Shown here: piece after piece, positions 1-9,923 of the stretch | How positions within the stretch are numbered: position 1 is the stretch's first letter | How the letters are laid out: each line of letters begins with the position of its first letter | NCBI GenBank assembly: GCA_031364845.1 | Contig: JANLWX010000192.1 | Coordinates: 1-23,170 of the forward strand | Direction: 5' to 3' | Length of the DNA stretch: 23,170 nucleotides | Origin: Candidatus Eiseniibacteriota bacterium | Lineage (GTDB): Bacteria; Eisenbacteria; RBG-16-71-46 | Program-made: the position numbers and the translations under genes | Notes under the pieces: generated by a model | Told to the model about the DNA's origin: nothing | Databases searched by the model: none | Seen by the model: the letters and a program-made list of their open reading frames with translations, nothing else

Positions 1-3000
1 CCCTCCGTCGGACTCGGGCATCAGCATCGAATCGTAGCTCCAGCTCCCATCATTGCCGCGCGCGTAGACAAAGACCCTTCCTTCTGCAAACCCCGGGGCT
101 TCGGGGTCACCGACAACGGCCCAGTTGCCGTCGATGCCGACGGAAACCCCGAAGGAGCTGGTTGGAAAGGAACCGAAGGGAGGCTGCGGAAGGCTCTGGA
201 CCTGCGACCAAACGCCTGCGGGGTTGGCCTTGAACACGTAGGCCGCCGGCACCGCACTGCTGGAGACGGCGGTCGGCGCGCCGACGATCGCGGTGCTATC
301 GGAGAGGGCGATGGAGGATCCGAAGTAGCGGTAGGCGACGGGGCTGCTATCGTTGAACCGCTGCGCCTCGGTCCACGAGGAGCCGGTGCGCCGGTAGATG
401 CGGATGCTGGCGTTGACCCCGGTTCCCTCGGGGGCGGCCCCGGGGCCCACGAAGCTTTGCCGCACGCCGGTGCCGCCCGCGACCACCCAGTCGCCGTTCA
501 TGTCCAGCGAGGAGGTGCCATCCATGTCGGTGACGGTCTGGTTCCACGACCAGGCACCGGTGGTCGGGTTGCGCTCCAGGAAGTAAATGGCCGCGCACCC
601 ATTGACGGCGTCGATGCAGTAGCCTGGAGCCGCGTCCGGCCCGCTGCGTTTGGCGGTGTTTCCCACGACGGCACTGTTGCCGTGCACGGCGACCGCGCCG
701 CCGATTTCCCCTCGAGACAACGTTGCTCCGAGGGACAGGTTCGCGGCGGAGCTACCGCTGAACACCCGCTCAACCACATACTGCGAATCCACCCGCACGA
801 ACATCATGGCCCTCTGCCCATAGCCCCCCGTCGAGTAAGTCGAGCCCGAGCGGCTTGGGATCCCCACGATCAGCCGCGTGCCATCGCCCGCGATCTGCCT
901 GCCGAAGTTTTCGTTGGCGTACGCCTGCGATCCGGCCGAGATGCGGCTGTCGAAGTTCACGGCCGAGCTGAGATCCCCGACGACCACCAGCACCGACCGC
1001 CCCGGGTCGCACACCGACGCCGACGCTGTCGCGCCGGAGACCGCTTCGACACAGTACGAATAAGGAGTGTTCCGGACCGCGGTGGGGTCGGAGAACGAGG
1101 TGGCGTTGGCCGCCGTGGTGCCGAGCACGACCCCGTCACGGCTCACGCGGTAGCCCGACTCGAGCGACGATTGGTCGATCCACGCCACCACCACCCGGTC
1201 GGAGTATGAATCCGACGCGCTCACGGCCGCGGGTGGCAGGATGGAAGTGCTGCCGGTGTCGCTGCCCGCCGCCGAGCGGCCGAGTTCCACGGCACCTGCC
1301 GAGTCCGCCGCGTAGACCGAGTACAGGTAGCGCGCGCCGAAGACCACGGCCGCGTCAACGTACCGGTTCGCGTTGGGTGCCAGCACCGCCACCCGCGATG
1401 AGTCGTTGGTGGCGAGATCCCTCCGCCACACGTGGTAGGCCTCCTCGTGACGCGAGTTGTCCACCCACGACAGCCCGATCTGGGTCTCGAACGCGCCGTC
1501 GCTGGCCTCGACGAACGTGGGGACAGCCAGCGCCCGCGCTCCGGCATTCACACCCACTTCGGACTCGGTGGTGTCGGCTCTGCCCGGCCCATAGGCCTGG
1601 AAGGCGGTCACGAAATACTCGTAGGTCTGACCGGGGATGCCGGAGCGGTCCAGGTAGGCCGCGCTGTTCGACGGCCGCGTCGCGATCCTGTCGGGCGGGC
1701 TCGCCGATCCCGACGGACGCCGGCGCACGAAGAATCCGTCCTCGATCTGCGAGCGATCGGTCCACGTCACCGCCACCTGGTCTTCGAACTCGTTGTCCGA
1801 AGCCTTCACCGAAACCGGCGTGTTGATCCGCCGTGATCCGGTGTCGGAGGACGCCGCCGATTCTGCGCCAAGAGCGGTGACCGCCCGCACGGAGTAATGC
1901 GTCCGGACTCCCGCAGCTCCGCCGTCGTCGGAGAAGCTCCGCTTGTCGGCGCCGAGCGAACGGATGAACGCAGCACCCCGGTAGACCTTGAACAGCACGG
2001 CCGACGTCGCGGTGCTCTCCCACTTGATGTCGACGCGGTCCTCGAATGTTCCGTCGGTCGCCTCGACGGAGACCGGCGCCAGCACCACCGACCGCACGCC
2101 GTCGTCACACACCGGGATCGAGCGCCCGCCCTCGTTGCTGGAGGCCACGACGCAATAGGTGTAGGCGGTGCCGGGAACGCCGCTGTCGTCATCGAAGGTC
2201 GTGATGCCGGCGCCCACATTCCCCACCATGATCGAGTCCGCGGTGCCGGCCGGCATCCGATAGATGTGGAAGCCGTCTTCGGTGGTCGACACATCTCTCC
2301 ACGTGATCCGAACCTTGTCGTCGAACACGCCGTCGGTCGCCAGCACGCTGGCCGGGCCTGGCAACACCCCGATCCCGCCGGCATCGCAGGTGCGCGCGGA
2401 TTCGCGGTTGCTGATGTCAACCGCGGCAACGCAGTACTCGTAGGGCGTTCCGTTGACCGCCGTCAGGTCTTCATAAGAGACCGAGCCAGGCGGAAGGGTC
2501 ACGAGCAGTGTGGGCGCGCCACCCGCGGAGCGGTAGACGCGGTAATTCACTTCGAGCGCGGTCGCGTCGGCCCACGTGATCCGCACCTTGTCGGTGAACT
2601 GGCCGTCGGACGCGGACACCTGCAGCGGCGCCCCGATGAACGCGCTCTCGCCGTTGTCGGCGAGCGGCGCGGTGACGTTCGCTGAGGCGTCGAACGCGAT
2701 CAATTCGTAGGAATAGACCGTGCCCGGCACGGCCGTGCTGTCTCGGATCACTTCGGTATTAGGGGCGGTCTCGCGCAACAGGCCGCCGTTGCGGAGAATC
2801 CGGTAGCCGGCTTCGACCGAGGACCGATCCGTCCACGCGAGTTGGACGTAGTTCTCGAACGTCGCGTCGGTGGCGGTGAAGCCGGTGGGCGCGAAGATGA
2901 TGCGGCTGCCGTCGTCGGACCTCGCGGGGCCTTCGTCGTTCGCCATGTCGACGACCGTCACGCTGTAGGTGTACACGACTCCGGGAGTGCCGGTGACGTC

Positions 3001-3837
3001 GGAATAGAGCGAGTCGTCCTGCGACGCGACGCGGATCAGCACGTTGCTCGACGGCGGATCGGTCGCGAGACGGCGATAAATTTTGTAGAAGAACGTGCTC
3101 GTGTCGACCGCCGCCCAGCGGATCTCGGTGCGGTCTTCGTAGGTGGCATCGCTCGCGCGCACGAACCGCGGAGGACCGATCGCAAGCGCAGTCACAGGGT
3201 TCGCGGGCCCATTCAGAGCATCGATCGCCTCGACCTGCCGAAGCACCTCCGCTTCGACGGTGCGGCCGGAAGTGAAAGTGACGGCGCCGACTGGAACCCG
3301 ATCGACCTCGATCCAGCCAGACTCCGAACGGCGATAGCGGGCGACCGCTCCGCCATCGGTCAAAAGACTCACGACGCCATCCGCGAGCGTCACGCGGGTT
3401 CCAAAGCGATCGCCCACCGATCCGGCCGGAGCGAGGCGCGACGCCAGGCGCCATGCATTGCCGGAACGCTCATAGATGAAGGCGGCACCGTGCCAGCCGT
3501 CGTCCCACGGGGCGCCGATGACCAGCGTGTTGCCTTCGATCGCCACAGCGCCGCCGAAACGCGCGAACGCGCCACGCTCGGGCGGAGCCAGCGTCGCATC
3601 CAGCACCCACTTACGACCGGCGAGATGGTAGACGTACGCCATTCCGCGATAGCCGTCGTGCGTGGACGCTCCCGCCACCGCCCAGTCACCTTCGGTGGTG
3701 CGATCCGTCTCGATCCGGCGTGGCGCCGTATCGGCCAACGCGCTGCCAACGTTGGAGCCAATCGCCAGCGTGAGCGCTGTGGCGAAGAGGATCGTGGAGA
3801 GGATGGTCGGGTAGCGGCGTGCGCGCGGTGACGACAT
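1..3837 (-). CDS. Large secreted FG-GAP repeat / fibronectin type III-like repeat protein (putative adhesin or surface protein), 3' end outside the window, >=1279 aa
   Basis: I translated it by hand. ATG at 3837 with GGAGG at 3845-3849, and the frame stays open to position 1. It begins with a signal-peptide-like stretch (MSSPRARRYPTILSTILFATALTLAIGSNVGSALA), then FG-GAP-like blades (RFGGAVAIEGNTLVIGAPWDDGWHGAAFIY), eight ~90-aa FnIII-like units, and further FG-GAP blades (YFGSSIALSDSTAIVGAP; SFGVSVGIDGNWAVVGDP). It is absent from the ORF track, presumably because no stop codon lies in the window. Confidence 0.9.
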   Translation of the reverse strand, partial: MSSPRARRYPTILSTILFATALTLAIGSNVGSALADTAPRRIETDRTTEGDWAVAGASTHDGYRGMAYVYHLAGRKWVLDATLAPPERGAFARFGGAVAIEGNTLVIGAPWDDGWHGAAFIYERSGNAWRLASRLAPAGSVGDRFGTRVTLADGVVSLLTDGGAVARYRRSESGWIEVDRVPVGAVTFTSGRTVEAEVLRQVEAIDALNGPANPVTALAIGPPRFVRASDATYEDRTEIRWAAVDTSTFFYKIYRRLATDPPSSNVLIRVASQDDSLYSDVTGTPGVVYTYSVTVVDMANDEGPARSDDGSRIIFAPTGFTATDATFENYVQLAWTDRSSVEAGYRILRNGGLLRETAPNTEVIRDSTAVPGTVYSYELIAFDASANVTAPLADNGESAFIGAPLQVSASDGQFTDKVRITWADATALEVNYRVYRSAGGAPTLLVTLPPGSVSYEDLTAVNGTPYEYCVAAVDISNRESARTCDAGGIGVLPGPASVLATDGVFDDKVRITWRDVSTTEDGFHIYRMPAGTADSIMVGNVGAGITTFDDDSGVPGTAYTYCVVASSNEGGRSIPVCDDGVRSVVLAPVSVEATDGTFEDRVDIKWESTATSAVLFKVYRGAAFIRSLGADKRSFSDDGGAAGVRTHYSVRAVTALGAESAASSDTGSRRINTPVSVKASDNEFEDQVAVTWTDRSQIEDGFFVRRRPSGSASPPDRIATRPSNSAAYLDRSGIPGQTYEYFVTAFQAYGPGRADTTESEVGVNAGARALAVPTFVEASDGAFETQIGLSWVDNSRHEEAYHVWRRDLATNDSSRVAVLAPNANRYVDAAVVFGARYLYSVYAADSAGAVELGRSAAGSDTGSTSILPPAAVSASDSYSDRVVVAWIDQSSLESGYRVSRDGVVLGTTAANATSFSDPTAVRNTPYSYCVEAVSGATASASVCDPGRSVLVVVGDLSSAVNFDSRISAGSQAYANENFGRQIAGDGTRLIVGIPSRSGSTYSTGGYGQRAMMFVRVDSQYVVERVFSGSSAANLSLGATLSRGEIGGAVAVHGNSAVVGNTAKRSGPDAAPGYCIDAVNGCAAIYFLERNPTTGAWSWNQTVTDMDGTSSLDMNGDWVVAGGTGVRQSFVGPGAAPEGTGVNASIRIYRRTGSSWTEAQRFNDSSPVAYRYFGSSIALSDSTAIVGAPTAVSSSAVPAAYVFKANPAGVWSQVQSLPQPPFGSFPTSSFGVSVGIDGNWAVVGDPEAPGFAEGRVFVYARGNDGSWSYDSMLMPESDGG
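1000..3177 (-). repeat. Eight tandem FnIII-like protein repeats, about 270 nt each
   Basis: Unit starts: PPRFVRASDATYEDRTEIRW, PTGFTATDATFENYVQLAW, PLQVSASDGQFTDKVRITW, PASVLATDGVFDDKVRITW, PVSVEATDGTFEDRVDIKW, PVSVKASDNEFEDQVAVTW, PTFVEASDGAFETQIGLSW, PAAVSASDSYSDRVVVAW. Each unit ends in a (Y)xYxVx-type strand. Boundaries are approximate. Confidence 0.85.
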
Positions 3838-4270
3838 GGTCCGGCCTCCGAGAGAATTGGACGCTGCGGCGTTCGCGTCCATCAGGGATGGTGGCAACTA
3901 GGGATGCTGCCCGCGGCCTGAATCCAAGGGGGACCCTGAGGTTCAAGGGGGCGCTGATCAGTTGGCAGGAACATAACATCACTCAAGTCATTGGTGCCCG
4001 GAAAATTATCGAGTTCGGTGGCTCCAAACGATGGATGCCTGCGGCGATGACGCGAGCGGCCCCCCGAACTGCTTCGCCATCGGCCTCGGCAGGGCGGGAC
4101 CACCTCCGCGCTGGGAGTCCCCGCTCCCGCGCCGGTGCGGATCGGCGATCTTCCCGGTTGAGCGTGCAACGCCCCTCCGGTAACGTCCGCCGGTTGCCAG
4201 TTCGCACCCTGTGCGTCCGCGCAGCGAGCCCGCGGGCTTCGCTCGCGCGACCATCCCCAAGGAGATCGTC

Positions 4271-6355
<2,085 letters not shown>

Positions 6356-6380
6356 GCGCCCGCGTGCTGTGAAGTTCATC

Positions 6381-6414
6381 AAGCCGCGCGGCGGGCTCTC
6401 CGCCGCGCGGCTTT
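6381..6414 (+). terminator. Perfect 14-bp stem-loop, a possible intrinsic terminator or mRNA stabiliser
   Basis: AAGCCGCGCGGCGG-gctct-CCGCCGCGCGGCTT lies 25 nt after the paralog 1 stop and has only a short T run. Confidence 0.6.
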
Positions 6415-6449
6415 GCATATCCGCCGATCATCGAGAAAGAGGCATCGCC

Positions 6450-8483
6450 ATGAAGCTCATCATCCGCCTCGCCGCCCTCAGTACGGCCGCGGTGCTCGCG
6501 ACCTCAGCGGGCCCCGCATCCGCGCCTTCCCGCCCTTCCTCCGATGCGCCGTTCTGGTCGCAAACACCCGGTCCCGCGGAGTTCGTGAAAGCTCAGGATG
6601 AGCGGATGGACCGCGCGCGCCAGGCCATCGCGCGCATGACCTCGGTGAAGGGGCCGCGCACGGTCGCCAACACGCTGCGCCCCTACGACGACGCGGTGAT
6701 CGAGCTGCAGATGGCGGGCTCGCAGAGCGGGCTGATCGAGGAAGTGCATCCGGACTCCGCGATGCGCGCGACCGCAGAGGCGACGAGCCGCAAGGTGTCC
6801 GCACTCCAGACCGAGCTGTCGCTCAACCGCGCGATCTATGACGCCGTGGCGGCGCTCGACGTGAGCAAGACCGACGGCGCGACGCGGTATTACGTCGAGC
6901 GGATCCTGCGCGACTTCAAGCTCGCCGGTGTCGATCGCGACGAACCGACCCGCGCGAAGATCACCGAGCTGCGCAAGCAGATCGTGGAGACCGGCCAGGA
7001 TTTCGGGCGCAACATCCGCACCGACGTGCGCAAGGTGACGGTGACGAGCGCCAGGGAACTCGAGGGATTGCCGGCCGATTTCATCGCGCGCCACAAGCCT
7101 GCCGCCGATGGAACGATCACGATCACGACCGACTATCCCGATGCCTATCCCGTGTTCGAGTACGCGACCAGCCCCGATCTGCGTCGGCGACTGTATATCG
7201 AGTTCCAGAACCGCGCCTATCCGCAGAACATGGCAGTGCTCGACACGCTGATCGCGCGGCGCCACCGGCTGGCACTGCTGCTCGGTTTCCCGAGCTACGC
7301 CGAATACATCACCGCCGACAAGATGGTCGGCAATGCGAAGAACGCATCCGAGTTCATCGACAAGATCGTCGAAGTGTCGAAGCCGATCGGAGCGCGCGAC
7401 TATCAGACGCTGCTCGCGGCGAAGCAGAAGCAGGAGCCCAAGGCGACGGCGGTCGAGCAGTGGGAGTCGTCCTATTGGTCGGAGCGCGTGCGCAAGGCGG
7501 AGTACGACTTCGACGGCCAGAAGGTCCGTCCCTATTTCGCCTATCCCAAGGTGAAGCAGGGCATCCTCGATCTCACGAGCACGCTGTTCGGCGTGACGTT
7601 CAAGCCCGCGAAAGACGTTCCGGTCTGGGATCCGTCGGTCGAGTGCTATGAATTGTGGGATCAGGGAAAGCTCGCGGGGCGCTTCTATCTCGACATGCAT
7701 CCGCGCGCGAACAAGTACAAGCACGCCGCGCATTTCGGAGTGCGCGTCGGCGTGGCGGGACGTCAGATCCCCGAAGCCGCGCTGGTCTGCAACTTCCCCG
7801 GCGGCGAAGCCGGTGACCCGGGGCTCATGGAGCACGGCGACGTCGAGACGTTCCTGCACGAGTTCGGGCACCTGCTCCACAATCTGTTCGCGGGCCGCGG
7901 CGAGTGGGCGGGTCTCGGAGGCATCCGCACCGAGCGCGACTTCAACGAAGCCCCTTCGCAGATGCTCGAGGAATGGGCGTGGGATCCCGCGGTGCTCGCG
8001 CGGTTCGCGCGCCATCACGAAACCGGCGAGCCGGTTCCCGCCGATCTCGTGAAGCAGATGAAGCGCGCCGCCGAGTTCGGGCGCGGGCTCGGCAACCTTC
8101 GCCAGATGGTGTACGCGCGCACGTCGCTGTCGTTTTACGACCGCGATCCGGCGCAGGTCGATACCGACCGGATCACGCGCGAGCTGGTGAAGAGCTATCA
8201 GCCGTTCGCGCCGATGGACGGCACGCACTTCCAGACCGCGTTCGGTCATCTCGACGGATACTCGGCGGTCTACTACACGTACATGTGGTCGCTCGTGATC
8301 GCGAAGGACATGTACAGCCAGTTCGACCGCTCGAACCTGCTGGATCCCACGGCGGCGGCGCGATATCGCAAGACGGTGCTGGCGCCGGGCGGATCGAAGC
8401 CGGCGGCGAAGCTGGTGGAGGAGTTCCTCGGGCGACCGTTCAGCTTCGAGGCGTATCGCGCGTGGTTGAACGAGGCAAGCTGA
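6450..8483 (+). CDS. M3 family Zn-dependent oligopeptidase with signal peptide, paralog 2
   Basis: Contains FLHEFGH, DFNEAPSQMLEEW and FGHLDGYSAVYYTYMWS, and is colinear with paralog 1. ATG at 6450 follows GAAAGAGG; the N-terminus reads MKLIIRLAALSTAAVLATSAGPASA. Confidence 0.92.
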   Translation: MKLIIRLAALSTAAVLATSAGPASAPSRPSSDAPFWSQTPGPAEFVKAQDERMDRARQAIARMTSVKGPRTVANTLRPYDDAVIELQMAGSQSGLIEEVHPDSAMRATAEATSRKVSALQTELSLNRAIYDAVAALDVSKTDGATRYYVERILRDFKLAGVDRDEPTRAKITELRKQIVETGQDFGRNIRTDVRKVTVTSARELEGLPADFIARHKPAADGTITITTDYPDAYPVFEYATSPDLRRRLYIEFQNRAYPQNMAVLDTLIARRHRLALLLGFPSYAEYITADKMVGNAKNASEFIDKIVEVSKPIGARDYQTLLAAKQKQEPKATAVEQWESSYWSERVRKAEYDFDGQKVRPYFAYPKVKQGILDLTSTLFGVTFKPAKDVPVWDPSVECYELWDQGKLAGRFYLDMHPRANKYKHAAHFGVRVGVAGRQIPEAALVCNFPGGEAGDPGLMEHGDVETFLHEFGHLLHNLFAGRGEWAGLGGIRTERDFNEAPSQMLEEWAWDPAVLARFARHHETGEPVPADLVKQMKRAAEFGRGLGNLRQMVYARTSLSFYDRDPAQVDTDRITRELVKSYQPFAPMDGTHFQTAFGHLDGYSAVYYTYMWSLVIAKDMYSQFDRSNLLDPTAAARYRKTVLAPGGSKPAAKLVEEFLGRPFSFEAYRAWLNEAS

Positions 8484-8512
8484 TCACCTCGGTGCGCTCG
8501 TCCTTTCATGCC

Positions 8513-9724
8513 ATGACCGGAGGTCTGCCGCGCCCGTTCTGGGTGATCTGGGCGGGGACCTTCGTCAATCGCTGCGGCACGTTCGTCATGCCGTTCATGG
8601 CGGTGTACCTCACCGAGGTGCGCCATCTCTCGATAGCCCAGGCCGGACTGATGGTGGCGCTCTACGGTGCGGGCGCTGCGATCGCGGGTCCGCTCGGCGG
8701 CTATCTCGCTGATCACGTCGGCCGGCGCGCGACGATGGTCGGAGCGCTCGCGCTCGGCGGCGCGGGCATGATCTCGCTGGGATTCGTACACCGGCTCGAA
8801 GTCATCGCCCCGGCGATGTTCGCCGTCGGGCTCGTGTCCGAGATGTACCGGCCGGGCATGCAGGCGGCGGTCGCCGACATCGTGCCGCCCGCCGACCGCG
8901 TGCGCGCGTACGGCCTGATCTACTGGGTCATCAATCTGGGATTCGCGATCGGGCTCGCGCTCGGCGGCGTGCTGGCGAGCCGTTCGTTCCAGTGGCTGTT
9001 CATCGGTGATGGGGCGACGACGATGGCTTTCGCGCTCATGGTGTGGCTCGGCGTGCCGGAGACCCGTCCCGCGCGCGCAGCGGTGACGGCGGGCGAACGC
9101 GCACCGTCGGCGTGGTCGGAGTTCTTCATTCCCTACCGCGATCCGCTGTTCGTGATGTTCCTTGTGCTGAGCTTCCTGACCGCGGTGATCTTCATGCAGA
9201 GCGCGACCACGTTCCCTCTCGACATGTCGCGCCACGGGATCTCCAAGTCGACGTTCGGATTGATCCTCGCGTTGAACGGCGTGCTGATCGTGCTCATCCA
9301 GCCACTGCTCGGACCGTTCCTCACGCGCTTCAACCGCTCGAAGACGCTGGCGGCGGGCGTAGTGCTGATTGGGATCGGCTTCGGCATCAACGCGATCGCG
9401 CGCACGGCGCCGCTCTACCTGCTCGGCGTCGTCATCTGGACGTTCGGGGAAGTCGGCGTGTTGCCGGTGGCGAACGCGCTGGTCGCCGACCTCGCCCCCG
9501 CCGCGGTGCGTGGCCGCTACCAGGGCGCCTATGGACTTTCGTTCGGACTCGCGGTGTGCGCCGCGCCCGCGTTCGGCACGTGGGTGCTGCAGCACTGGGG
9601 ATCGGTCGCGCTGTGGTCGGGATGCCTCGCGGTCGGCGTGATGATCGCGATCGGACATCTGCTGCTGGCGCCCGCGCTGATGCTCACGCGCGCGGAGCGT
9701 ATCGCGGTCAGCCCCTCATCTTGA
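8513..9724 (+). CDS. MFS transporter (MdtH-like drug:H+ antiporter type)
   Basis: About 12 hydrophobic segments, MFS motif A (GGYLADHVGRR), and DIVPPADRVRAYG / DLAPAAVRGRYQG. The N-terminal part of track ORF 7904..9724 is an out-of-frame overlap with the peptidase. The start is uncertain: ATG 8513, GTG 8492 or CTG 8480. Confidence 0.88.
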   Translation: MTGGLPRPFWVIWAGTFVNRCGTFVMPFMAVYLTEVRHLSIAQAGLMVALYGAGAAIAGPLGGYLADHVGRRATMVGALALGGAGMISLGFVHRLEVIAPAMFAVGLVSEMYRPGMQAAVADIVPPADRVRAYGLIYWVINLGFAIGLALGGVLASRSFQWLFIGDGATTMAFALMVWLGVPETRPARAAVTAGERAPSAWSEFFIPYRDPLFVMFLVLSFLTAVIFMQSATTFPLDMSRHGISKSTFGLILALNGVLIVLIQPLLGPFLTRFNRSKTLAAGVVLIGIGFGINAIARTAPLYLLGVVIWTFGEVGVLPVANALVADLAPAAVRGRYQGAYGLSFGLAVCAAPAFGTWVLQHWGSVALWSGCLAVGVMIAIGHLLLAPALMLTRAERIAVSPSS

Positions 9725-9755
9725 CCGGCGGGTTGATCCACAGGGCGTCGCCCGT

Positions 9756-9785
9756 AATAGATTGAGCTGTTCCGGGCTCACTATT
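9756..9785. other. Imperfect inverted repeat downstream of the MFS gene (possible terminator or operator)
   Basis: AATAG(at)TGAGC ... GCTCA CTATT, preceded by the GGGCG-t-CGCCC palindrome at 9743-9753. Confidence 0.3.
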
Positions 9786-9923
9786 TGGTGCAAGGTTGAG
9801 AGCCTCGCGAGGGGAGATTTCCACCCTCGTCGTTGGTGAATTCCATTATCCAGGATCGGGTCGAGCCCGTGTGCTACGACCGGTCTGTGCCGACGAGATG
9901 ACTTTCAGACAAAGGGGAGCCTC

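Noticed and set aside
457..3831. Plus-strand ORFs 457..1209, 1897..2685 and 2842..3831, and short minus-strand ORFs in other frames
   Set aside because: They are shadow ORFs of the real minus-strand FG-GAP/FnIII gene, Arg/Gly/Ala-rich and without motifs.
7904..8479. Apparent 200-aa N-terminal extension of the MFS transporter
   Set aside because: It overlaps the peptidase 2 coding region out of frame and is Arg-rich nonsense.
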